A stretch of 64,000 bases of DNA from Planctomycetaceae bacterium (GTDB lineage Bacteria; Planctomycetota; Planctomycetia; Pirellulales; UBA7805). Below are positions 18,880 through 27,470 of this stretch, piece after piece. The notes below the pieces were generated by a model that had not been told where the DNA came from, ran no database searches, and was given only the letters and a program-made list of their open reading frames with translations. Each line of letters opens with the position of its first letter. The stretch's first letter is position 1. The position numbers and the translations under genes were made by a program. The stretch covers positions 567 through 64,566 of the forward strand of contig CACOUL010000010.1 of the NCBI GenBank assembly GCA_902630355.1, read 5' to 3'.

Positions 18880-19836
18880 GTGCGGAAACTTCTGATCGTG
18901 TTCATGCTCGCTCTTCCCATGCCCAGCTTCGGGCAATTTTTGGACGAAGAGAACCGCACCTCCTCCGATCAACTGGCGTATCCTAAGCCAGTTCAGCTTC
19001 AGGTTGGCATCGTGATCCACGCGACCGCCAGCCCACTCAAAGGTGTTCAAGGCTCCACTCCGATTCCAATCGAATGGCCCGAACAGCAAGTGAAAGTCAT
19101 TGGGGAAAAATCATCTCCTCATGTCCGCCGAATTTCCTACGAAATGGTGGGCGATACCGTCAAGCGAATGGTGGTCCACATCCCCTTTGTTCGACCCGGC
19201 GATACCGCAGAAGCGCTCGTTACTTTTGAATGCACGCGGTACCACATTATGGAGCCGTCCGGAACCGAAAAACTGACAATTCCCAAGCGGAAACAAATTC
19301 CTCCCGCCTTCAGGAAATATCTTGGCCCCAGCCCCTACATCGAAACAAAGCACTCCAAGATACGGAAATTGGCGAAAAGTATCGTGCAGGACAAAGAGGG
19401 TGCCTGGAATCAAGTCGAGGCAATGTACGATTGGGTTCGAAACAATATCACCTACAAAAATGGGCCCATCAAAGGCGCCTATGAAGCACTCAAAGATGGC
19501 GAGGGGGACTGCGAAGAAATGAGCAGTCTCTTCATTGCTCTCTGCCGAGTGAATGGAATCCCAGCTCGCACGGTTTGGATTCCCGGCCACTGTTATCCGG
19601 AATTTTATCTGATGGATGAGAGTGGAGAGGGAAAATGGTTTCCTTGCCAGGTGGCCGGTACTCGGGCTTTTGGAAGCATGCCAGAATATCGCCCGATCTT
19701 GCAAAAAGGCGACAACTTCAAAATGCCGGAGAAGAAGGGCCGTCAGCGCTACGTTTCAGAACAACTGAAAGTCGCGGACATTCCGGGTGGCAACGAGCCA
19801 AAAATTGAGTTTGTGCGCGAGATTCTTGCCGATTAA
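18880..19836 (+). CDS. Transglutaminase-like cysteine protease domain protein (secreted)
   Basis: GEGDCEEMSSLFIALCRVNGIPARTVWIPGHCYPEF (Cys/His core). GTG 18880 is preceded by GAGGAAGG and gives the signal peptide MRKLLIVFMLALPMPSFGQ. Confidence 0.8.
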   Translation: MRKLLIVFMLALPMPSFGQFLDEENRTSSDQLAYPKPVQLQVGIVIHATASPLKGVQGSTPIPIEWPEQQVKVIGEKSSPHVRRISYEMVGDTVKRMVVHIPFVRPGDTAEALVTFECTRYHIMEPSGTEKLTIPKRKQIPPAFRKYLGPSPYIETKHSKIRKLAKSIVQDKEGAWNQVEAMYDWVRNNITYKNGPIKGAYEALKDGEGDCEEMSSLFIALCRVNGIPARTVWIPGHCYPEFYLMDESGEGKWFPCQVAGTRAFGSMPEYRPILQKGDNFKMPEKKGRQRYVSEQLKVADIPGGNEPKIEFVREILAD

Positions 19837-19952
19837 AACCACGCTGCCCCCTCTTCGCAGAGAGTATCTCGGATCGTTAGACTCAAAAAATCACGAACGG
19901 CCGTCCGTTCGGCAGATTGCGAGCCGAGTCTCCAATTGAGGGATTTAATACG

Positions 19953-20609
19953 ATGTCATCTCCCGGTGCCTCCGGACCTCTCCATCAGGTGAGTCACCCC
20001 CTGCTTCAGCATCACCTGACACGCCTGCGCAACCAACTCACGCAACCGATCGAATTTCGAAACCTCATTCGGCGCGTTGCGGTATTGCTTGCATACGAAG
20101 CAACCAAGGACCTCGAGACCTCCCCGCTCCCGATTGAAACACCGTTGGTGGCAACCGAAGGGATGGCTCTCAAGCAGAGCGTTGGTCTGGTTCCTATCCT
20201 GAGAGCCGGATTAGGTATGGTGGATGCCGTTCTGGACCTGATTCCCCAGGCCGAGGTGTGGCATCTCGGACTCTATCGGGATGAAAAGACGGCCCGCCCG
20301 GTGGAATACTACAAGAAACTTCCCCATAGCGAACCGGTCGATGTTGCCCTGGTACTCGATCCGATGCTGGCCACCGGAGGCTCGGCATCCGCCGCTGTTT
20401 CTACTTTACGAGCATGGGGCGTTCCCAAAATTAAACTCCTCACAGTCATCGCCTCAGAAGAGGGCATTGCAGCAGTCCATGCCCAGGACAGCGAAGTCCA
20501 GATTTTTGTGACAACGGTCGACCCCGAACTTAACGATCAGAAATTTATCGTTCCAGGATTAGGGGATGCGGGCGACCGGATCTTTAATACCTTCAAACAG
20601 CGCGACTGA
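19953..20609 (+). CDS. upp: Uracil phosphoribosyltransferase
   Basis: Motifs ILRAGLGM, VLDPMLATGGSA (PRPP loop), IVPGLGDAGDRIF. ATG 19953 preferred over the upstream TTG. Confidence 0.9.
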   Translation: MSSPGASGPLHQVSHPLLQHHLTRLRNQLTQPIEFRNLIRRVAVLLAYEATKDLETSPLPIETPLVATEGMALKQSVGLVPILRAGLGMVDAVLDLIPQAEVWHLGLYRDEKTARPVEYYKKLPHSEPVDVALVLDPMLATGGSASAAVSTLRAWGVPKIKLLTVIASEEGIAAVHAQDSEVQIFVTTVDPELNDQKFIVPGLGDAGDRIFNTFKQRD

Positions 20610-20670
20610 CTTTTCGGATGACTCGATCGGGTAATCTTTACAGAATAGAAGCCAAGGAGTACTGCCTTCG

Positions 20671-22167
20671 ATGGAACGTTTGATCAGTGTGATCGGGCTT
20701 CTGGCGATGATCGGCTTCGCCTATCTGCTCAGCTCCAATAAAAAGAAATTCCCCCTTCGCATTGTTGTAGGCGGCCTGATTCTACAGGTCGTGCTTGCCC
20801 TGCTCATTCTCTGGACTCCGCCCGGAAAGGCAGCTTTTCAAGCGACTGGAGACCTTTTCACCCATATGATTGCATATGTTAACGATGGGTCGAAATTTAT
20901 GTTTGGAATGAGTCGGGAGCCTCAGGTCCCCATTTCAATCTCCCATGGTGATCAGCAAACGACGCTGAACATGTGGGAACACGAAGATGAAGATCGCCTG
21001 GATCATTTAATCCAATCGATCAAATCAAATGCAATCAACTCGAAAAATGGGCAACTGAGTATTACGGTTGGCACAACAAATAAAACGATTGATGTGAACG
21101 CAGCGGATTGGGAAGCGCAGCTTCGCGATTGGTTTTTGGGAGCCATTCACTCCTTCCGCAGTTCCGGTTTTCCTCAAACCAAACAGTTACTCTCATCGTT
21201 TGCTTTCGGCGTACTGCCGACCATTATTTTTTTCTCCTCCTTGATGTCGATGCTCTACTATCTGGGGGTGATGCAAAAGGTGGTCTCCTTCTTTGCCTGG
21301 ATCATGCAAAAGACCCTTGGTACGAGTGGTGCTGAAACGCTCTCGGCCGCCGCCAATGTTTTCGTCGGGCAGACCGAAGCGCCTTTGGTGATTCGCCCCT
21401 ACGTATCGAAAATGACCCAATCGGAGTTGATGGCGGTGATGGTGGGAGGCTTTGCCACGATTGCCGGAGGCGTACTGGCCGCCTATGTGAGTTTTGGCAT
21501 CGATGCAGGGCATCTTATCACCGCCTCGGTGATCTCAGCACCTGCAGCGCTGCTGATCGCCAAAGTCATGCAACCGGAAACCGAGCACTCGGTGACGCTC
21601 GGAAAGGTGGAGATGCATGTGGAGGATCAAGAATCGAATCTGATCGAAGCGGCCGCTGCCGGCGCTACAGCAGGCATGAAATTAGCCATTAACGTGGCGG
21701 CGATGTTGATTGCCTTTCTGGCGATTATTGCGATGTTTAACGGACTGATCGGTTGGAGTGGCACATGGTTTGGGTTTGAAGGAACCGACCACCGATGGTC
21801 TTTGGAAAAAGGCCTCGGCTGGCTCTTTTGGCCGCTCGCTTTCCTGATGGGTATTCCTGCCGAAGATTGCGGAATTGCGGGCCAGTTGTTGGGAACCAAG
21901 ATGGTGGCCAACGAGTTTGTCGCCTACTTTCAACTCGGTAATTTAACGGAGAATCCCACGCAAACACTCGCTCCAAGAACCGTGACCATTCTCACCTATG
22001 CACTCTGCGGGTTTGCAAATTTTGGCTCGATCGGCATCCAACTCGGAGGCATCGGTGGCGTTGCCCCGGACCGCCGGGGTGATCTGGCTCGTCTTGGTTT
22101 GCGTGCGATGCTTGGTGGAACCCTCGCTGCGTTTATGACTGCCTGTATTGCGGGAATCCTCATCTAG
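20671..22167 (+). CDS. nupC: Concentrative nucleoside transporter (NupC/CNT family) with an inserted hydrophilic segment
   Basis: Motifs GTSGAETLSAAANVFVGQTEAPLVIRPY and MVANEFVAY, multiple TM helices. Confidence 0.88.
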   Translation: MERLISVIGLLAMIGFAYLLSSNKKKFPLRIVVGGLILQVVLALLILWTPPGKAAFQATGDLFTHMIAYVNDGSKFMFGMSREPQVPISISHGDQQTTLNMWEHEDEDRLDHLIQSIKSNAINSKNGQLSITVGTTNKTIDVNAADWEAQLRDWFLGAIHSFRSSGFPQTKQLLSSFAFGVLPTIIFFSSLMSMLYYLGVMQKVVSFFAWIMQKTLGTSGAETLSAAANVFVGQTEAPLVIRPYVSKMTQSELMAVMVGGFATIAGGVLAAYVSFGIDAGHLITASVISAPAALLIAKVMQPETEHSVTLGKVEMHVEDQESNLIEAAAAGATAGMKLAINVAAMLIAFLAIIAMFNGLIGWSGTWFGFEGTDHRWSLEKGLGWLFWPLAFLMGIPAEDCGIAGQLLGTKMVANEFVAYFQLGNLTENPTQTLAPRTVTILTYALCGFANFGSIGIQLGGIGGVAPDRRGDLARLGLRAMLGGTLAAFMTACIAGILI

Positions 22168-22176
22168 AGATACACC

Positions 22177-22704
22177 ATGCAGATATTGCTGACCGAAGAT
22201 GAATTACGAGAAGGTGTCCATCGGATGACCTCCGAGATTGCCGAGCATTACGGCAATCGCCCCCTGACGATTGTCGGAATCCTTACCGGAAGCGTCGTGT
22301 TGATGGCCGACATGATTCGCCTCCTGGAAATGCCGCTTCGTGTGGGCGTGCTTCAGGCCCGCAGTTATCACGGTCCAACAACCACGCGCGGTTCTTTAAT
22401 AATTAACGACGATCTGATGCCCGACATTGAGGGCCGTGAGGTGTTGTTGCTCGATGATATTTTCGATACCGGCCACACACTCAAAGAGGTAGAAACTCGC
22501 ATTCGTCGTTTCCATCCAGCCGATGTACGTTCCTCCGTCTTGCTCTACAAGGAGGGGCGGCAGGAAGTGAAAATGATTCCGGACTTCATCGGCTTTAAAA
22601 TCCCCAATGAATTCGTGGTCGGTTACGGACTCGATTATGAGGATGCGTACCGTAACCTGCCCTATTTGGCCGCACTCGAGGAGGAAGACCTGAAATTGGA
22701 ATAG
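22177..22704 (+). CDS. hpt: Hypoxanthine(-guanine) phosphoribosyltransferase
   Basis: Motifs VLLLDDIFDTGHTL (PRPP loop) and FVVGYGLDY. Confidence 0.9.
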   Translation: MQILLTEDELREGVHRMTSEIAEHYGNRPLTIVGILTGSVVLMADMIRLLEMPLRVGVLQARSYHGPTTTRGSLIINDDLMPDIEGREVLLLDDIFDTGHTLKEVETRIRRFHPADVRSSVLLYKEGRQEVKMIPDFIGFKIPNEFVVGYGLDYEDAYRNLPYLAALEEEDLKLE

Positions 22705-22717
22705 TAGATTGCCCGCA

Positions 22718-23131
22718 TCAGGACTGCGTTAAAAAGTCGCGATTCCCGTCGAGCAACTCCTCGTTTTCCAAAAGTTCTTCCCGCGTCATCCAGTAGATAT
22801 CGGCCACCTCGCGAGGATTTGCCACAGGGGTCGATCCCTCGCAAAGCGAGGCCGCCCACCAGTGGATTCGCGTTTGTCTGCGGGTAACGTTCTCCCAAAG
22901 TTTACCCTGAGGTGTAATCTCCACACTCAACTCTTCCTGCAATTCGCGGCGTAAGGCGATTTCTTGCGTTTCACCCTCCTCCATCCCTCCTCCCGGAAAA
23001 CAGAGTTTCCCCGGCGCCACCACGTGCTGAGATCTACGAATGACCAGGAATTGGGCATCCTGTTGAATGACCGCCACCACCCCTTCGCGGCGCCGTGATT
23101 CCAGTTGAGGGTTTGAGGCACGATTCACCAC
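22718..23131 (-). CDS. NUDIX hydrolase
   Basis: Nudix box GGGMEEGETQEIALRRELQEELSV. Confidence 0.85.
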   Translation of the reverse strand: MVNRASNPQLESRRREGVVAVIQQDAQFLVIRRSQHVVAPGKLCFPGGGMEEGETQEIALRRELQEELSVEITPQGKLWENVTRRQTRIHWWAASLCEGSTPVANPREVADIYWMTREELLENEELLDGNRDFLTQS

Positions 23132-23158
23132 GTATTCCTTTTTACAGGTTTCCCCAAC

Positions 23159-23560
23159 TCACGTTTTGTCGCTCGAGGTAAACGGATCGGGCAGGAGCGC
23201 AGCGAGAGAAACCTCGGTGACTCGATCACTCTGATTTGCATCGATGAGAAATAACACCAAATTCGGAGCAAACTCATACATCACTTGCCGACAGGCACCA
23301 CAGGGGGCGACTCCACCGGGCGAGGCGATAGCCATCGCTTCAAAATCGCGTTCCCCCGCGGTGACCGCACAAAAAACCGCCGTTCGTTCTGCACAATTGG
23401 TGAGGCCGTACGATGCATTTTCGACGTTGGTACCTGCATACAGCGATCCCGACTTTCCTAAGAGCGCGGCTCCCACCTGAAACTTCGAATAGGGGGCATA
23501 GGCTTGCTGTGAGGCAGCCCGCGCCATTGCAATGAGTTGATCCCTTCGGTTGTCGTCCAT
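23159..23560 (-). CDS. cdd: Cytidine deaminase
   Basis: Zinc motifs CAERTAVF and PCGACRQVM; small homotetrameric-type length (133 aa). Confidence 0.9.
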   Translation of the reverse strand: MDDNRRDQLIAMARAASQQAYAPYSKFQVGAALLGKSGSLYAGTNVENASYGLTNCAERTAVFCAVTAGERDFEAMAIASPGGVAPCGACRQVMYEFAPNLVLFLIDANQSDRVTEVSLAALLPDPFTSSDKT

Positions 23561-23590
23561 TGCGTTTCCTTCTATTGGTTTCCGGGGAAT

Positions 23591-24889
23591 TTAGTTCCCA
23601 GTTTCCGTGATGTGTTCCATAACAAGAGGAGAGAGGGTTGGTCGTTCGGGGCCTATTTCAATCGCCTCGCGCAAATGGTCCAACCAAGCTGCAGCGGGCG
23701 GGTCATCGGCAAAGATTCGCGCAAGAAGCTGACCTTCCTCCACCTCCTGACCTATCTCCACGCAAAGTTCAATTCCGACCGATGGATCGATCAAATCTCC
23801 CAATTCTTGTCTTCCTCCTCCGAGTTGGACAACAGCTCTTCCGAACCGGCCGGCATGTATTTGGGTAACAGTTCCCGCCTGTTTGGCGATAAGTGTCGTG
23901 GCTTTGGCCACTTTTCGTTCCGCGTCGAGCGATCCCCCCTGCGCGGTGACCATCTGAGCGAATTTTTCCCGCCCATGCCCAGTCTCAAGCAACGTTTCCA
24001 AGCGGCGTTCCGCTACTTGGAAATCACTTTCCACACCGGCCGCCAGGAGTGCTTCGGCACCGAGGGCGAGTGAAATATCGCGCAAGCCGCGGGGCCCGCC
24101 ACCCTCGAGGGTCGCCACCGCCTCATTCACTTCGACCGCATTTCCGAGCATTCTTCCCAGCGGCTGTTCCATGTTGGTGATCATGGCCCTGGTGGCCACC
24201 CCCATTTGCGACCCGAGAGAAACCATACTTTGCGCCAGGCTGCGGGCGTCTTCCACATTTTGCATCGATGTGCCCGAACCGCATTTCACATCCAGAATCA
24301 ATGCGTCCAATCCTTCTGCTAGTTTTTTACACATAATGCTGCTGGTAATTAATGCCAAGGAAGGCACCGTTGCCGTTACATCGCGAAGCGTATACCACTT
24401 TTGGTCTGCGGGTGCGATTTGTCGACTCGTCCCCGTAATGGCACAACCGATTTCCTGCACCTGCCGCTGCAATTGCTCAAGCGTAAGATCGGTGCGAAAT
24501 CCCGGGATCGCTTCGAGTTTATCGAGCGTGCCCCCCGTAATACCGAGTCCTCGGCCGGAAATCATCGGTACCCGAAGCTCACAGCAAGCCAACAGTGGTG
24601 CGAGAACAAGTGATACCTTGTCCCCCACCCCACCGGTCGAATGTTTGTCAATCAGCGGGCGATCGTCCTCAGGCCAACTCAGCGTGGTGCCGCTTTCGAG
24701 CATCTCGAGTGAGAGGGCATAAATTTCCTCCTCGTGCATTCCCCGAATACAAATGGCCATCGAAAGAGCTGCCATCTGATAGTCGGGTATTTCGCCGCTC
24801 ACGTATGCACGGATGAACCACGCAATCTCTTCTTTTGTGAGAGATTTGCCATCTCGCTTCTTAGCAATAATTTCTGTGGCGTGCATCAT
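23591..24889 (-). CDS. deoA: Thymidine / pyrimidine-nucleoside phosphorylase
   Basis: Motifs DKHSTGGVGDKVSL, SGRGLGITGGTLDKLE, CGSGTSM. Confidence 0.9.
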   Translation of the reverse strand: MMHATEIIAKKRDGKSLTKEEIAWFIRAYVSGEIPDYQMAALSMAICIRGMHEEEIYALSLEMLESGTTLSWPEDDRPLIDKHSTGGVGDKVSLVLAPLLACCELRVPMISGRGLGITGGTLDKLEAIPGFRTDLTLEQLQRQVQEIGCAITGTSRQIAPADQKWYTLRDVTATVPSLALITSSIMCKKLAEGLDALILDVKCGSGTSMQNVEDARSLAQSMVSLGSQMGVATRAMITNMEQPLGRMLGNAVEVNEAVATLEGGGPRGLRDISLALGAEALLAAGVESDFQVAERRLETLLETGHGREKFAQMVTAQGGSLDAERKVAKATTLIAKQAGTVTQIHAGRFGRAVVQLGGGRQELGDLIDPSVGIELCVEIGQEVEEGQLLARIFADDPPAAAWLDHLREAIEIGPERPTLSPLVMEHITETGN

Positions 24890-24926
24890 GCGATGTGATG
24901 ATTCATCGAGTGTGAATTTTCTCAGG

Positions 24927-25787
24927 TTACTTTGAGAGCTCTCTGCCCGACTGAGTGTAAAAGTTCAAAATACCGAGGAGTATTTTTTTTATTTTCTGTC
25001 CTGCGATCGCAGCGATTTCAATTACTTCCTCTGCGGTCGTCTCGGTCAATGCATCCGGCCGGCAGACGTTGGTGATTGCCGAGAATGCAAGGGTCCGTAC
25101 GTCATATGACTCGGCAACGAGGACCTCGGGAATCGTCGACATTCCTACCGCATCGGCCCCGAGCTTGCGCAGGTAACGATACTCGGCCCGCGTCTCGTAA
25201 TTGGGACCCAGGTGTCCGGCATAGACACCCAGAGGCGCCTCAAAATCGTTCTCTCGCGCAATATGGCGTGCCATGGATTGCAATTCCGGGTGGTACGGTC
25301 GAAGCGTCGACTGGGCCCACATCGTGGGAGCGATATTGGGAATCCCATATTCGGGTCGCCTATGCATTCGATTCAAGTGACCGTTAATCACCATCACATC
25401 CCCAGCAGAAAAACCCGGATTCAGACCGCCTGCGGCGTTCGAGACGATGAGCGTGTCGATGCCAAGGCGGCACATCACATGTACCGGCAGCGTGACGTTT
25501 TTTGTGGAGTATCCCTCATACAGATGGAACCGTCCCTGCATGACAATGACCTTCACGCCGCCGAGTTCCCCACACACAAATTGCCCATGGTGTCCAATCG
25601 CCGTCGATTGGGGAAAATGGGGAGTCTCTTCGTAAGGTACCGCACACGGTTGCTCGACCGCCGTTGCCAAGTTCCCCAAACCGCTGCCTAAAATAATGCC
25701 GACCCGTGGCGTGTTGTCCCATCGAGACTTCACATATTGGGTCGCCTCCTCGATTGCCACCCCCGGAGTCACTGAATCGCTATGCAT
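24927..25787 (-). CDS. punA: Purine nucleoside phosphorylase, trimeric PNP-I type (Asn at the base-specificity position)
   Basis: Motifs GIILGSGLG, HFPQSTAIGHHG, MQGRFHLYEGY, SNAAGGLN, GPNYETRAEYR, GADAVGMSTIPEV, FSAITNVC. Confidence 0.88.
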   Translation of the reverse strand: MHSDSVTPGVAIEEATQYVKSRWDNTPRVGIILGSGLGNLATAVEQPCAVPYEETPHFPQSTAIGHHGQFVCGELGGVKVIVMQGRFHLYEGYSTKNVTLPVHVMCRLGIDTLIVSNAAGGLNPGFSAGDVMVINGHLNRMHRRPEYGIPNIAPTMWAQSTLRPYHPELQSMARHIARENDFEAPLGVYAGHLGPNYETRAEYRYLRKLGADAVGMSTIPEVLVAESYDVRTLAFSAITNVCRPDALTETTAEEVIEIAAIAGQKIKKILLGILNFYTQSGRELSK

Positions 25788-25833
25788 GGCATATTTTTCC
25801 TGCCGTGGCAGCTTCGTCTTCTACGTGCGATTG

Positions 25834-26664
25834 CTATCCTTTGCCAATCTGCTTGACAACGCCTTCGACCAGTTCTCGCAGTTTCGGTTCTGCTGAGTTG
25901 GCGACGGCAATAATCTCGTCCACCACGGCAGGCTCAAGTGCGTCGGCGAGACACATGTCAGTCACAACCGAAAAACCAACCACCTTGAGACCGCAATGGA
26001 CGGCCGTAATGACTTCGGGCACGACCGACATTCCCACGACGTCGGCGCCAATCAATCGCAAAAAGCGATACTCGGCCCGCGTCTCGAGATTAGGCCCCGT
26101 AACAGAGACTAACACTCCTTTATGGGCAACGAAGTCGCATTTCCGCGCGATCGCAAGTGCAGCATCGACCATTTGAAGGTCGTATGGCTCTGACATATCC
26201 GGAAAACGCGGACCGAGTCGATCGTCGTTCACTCCGATCAGTGGGTTATCGGTCATTAAGTTGATATGATCCTCAATCACCATAATGTCTCCTGCCCGGT
26301 AATTGGGATTCATGCCCCCCACCGCATTAGAGGCAATCAACCATTCGGCACCCATGGCTCGCATCACTCGGACCGGGAGGGTGATCAGTCGTGCTGCGTG
26401 GCCTTCGTAAAGATGAACGCGGCCTTCCATGGCAACGACTGGAATCCCCTCGATTTTCCCGCAGATCAGTCGGCCGCGATGGCTGGTGGCTGTGGAACTG
26501 GGAAAGTGGGGAATCGACTCGTAATCGATTTGAGTTTCCACGTCGATCCGTTCGACGAACGGCCCGAGGCCGGTTCCCAGAATAATGCCGGCTCGGGGCT
26601 GTTCGTTCCATTGCCCGGCAATGAAAGCCTTGGCCTCTTCAATTTTATCGTATAGATCGAGCAT
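25834..26664 (-). CDS. Purine nucleoside phosphorylase paralogue, trimeric PNP-I type (Asp at the base-specificity position)
   Basis: Same motif set as the neighbouring copy (GIILGTGLG, HFPSSTATSHRG, MEGRVHLYEGH, GPNLETRAEYR, GADVVGMSVVPEV), but FSVVTDMC replaces FSxITN. Confidence 0.88.
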   Translation of the reverse strand: MLDLYDKIEEAKAFIAGQWNEQPRAGIILGTGLGPFVERIDVETQIDYESIPHFPSSTATSHRGRLICGKIEGIPVVAMEGRVHLYEGHAARLITLPVRVMRAMGAEWLIASNAVGGMNPNYRAGDIMVIEDHINLMTDNPLIGVNDDRLGPRFPDMSEPYDLQMVDAALAIARKCDFVAHKGVLVSVTGPNLETRAEYRFLRLIGADVVGMSVVPEVITAVHCGLKVVGFSVVTDMCLADALEPAVVDEIIAVANSAEPKLRELVEGVVKQIGKG

Positions 26665-26675
26665 GTTTTGACCCG

Positions 26676-27398
26676 CTAGTAATTTCCCGTTGTTTCGCCG
26701 GTTGATTTTTCTCCCCGCTCTTCACGCACCAGCGCCTCGGTACTGCTGGTCCCGAGTCGCGAAGCGCCGAGACCGATAAATGCCCGGGCGTCGGCGAGGG
26801 AGCGGATACCTCCCGATGCTTTGACGCCGCGCGAAAAATGCTTTCGCATCAGGCAGATATCATCCTGTGTTGCCCCGGTCGATTGTAGATTTCCATCCGA
26901 ACCTTTAATAAACCCAAAACCGGTAGACGTTTTCACATATTCCGCCCCGGCGCGTTCCGAGCAACCGCAGATTTGCACTTTCTGCTCATCATTCTGCAGC
27001 AGGCCCGTTTCAAAGATCACCTTGACCAGCGCGCCATGTTGGGAGGCCACCTGGACCACTTGGCGAATATCTTCTTCCACATAGGACCAATCGCCCTCCA
27101 GCGCGCGGCCGACGTTGACCACCATATCGAGTTCCACTGCCCCGTCACGACACGCTGCTTCTGCTTCGGCCACTTTGGCATTTGTGCTGGTGCCCCCGTG
27201 AGGGAAGCCGATCACGGTGGAGACTTTCACGCTGCTTTCAGTGAGTCTTTCCGCAGCGCGGGTCACCATGCTCGGCTTAACGCAAATACTGGCGACCCCC
27301 AGTTGGTCGCATATGGCACAGGCCACATCGAGGTCGGCGAGCGTTTGCGTGGGGTGCAAGACCGCATGGTCAATGTATTGGGCAATCGAGTCTGACAT
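26676..27398 (-). CDS. deoC: Deoxyribose-phosphate aldolase
   Basis: Motifs ICVKPS and VSTVIGFPHG, Schiff-base region YVKTSTGF, GVKASGGIR. Confidence 0.9.
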   Translation of the reverse strand: MSDSIAQYIDHAVLHPTQTLADLDVACAICDQLGVASICVKPSMVTRAAERLTESSVKVSTVIGFPHGGTSTNAKVAEAEAACRDGAVELDMVVNVGRALEGDWSYVEEDIRQVVQVASQHGALVKVIFETGLLQNDEQKVQICGCSERAGAEYVKTSTGFGFIKGSDGNLQSTGATQDDICLMRKHFSRGVKASGGIRSLADARAFIGLGASRLGTSSTEALVREERGEKSTGETTGNY

Positions 27399-27470
27399 GG
27401 CCCAAGTTTATCGTGATCAGGTTTGTAGCGTCAGGGGCAGGGCACCGACCACAAAGACGATATTCCCGGA

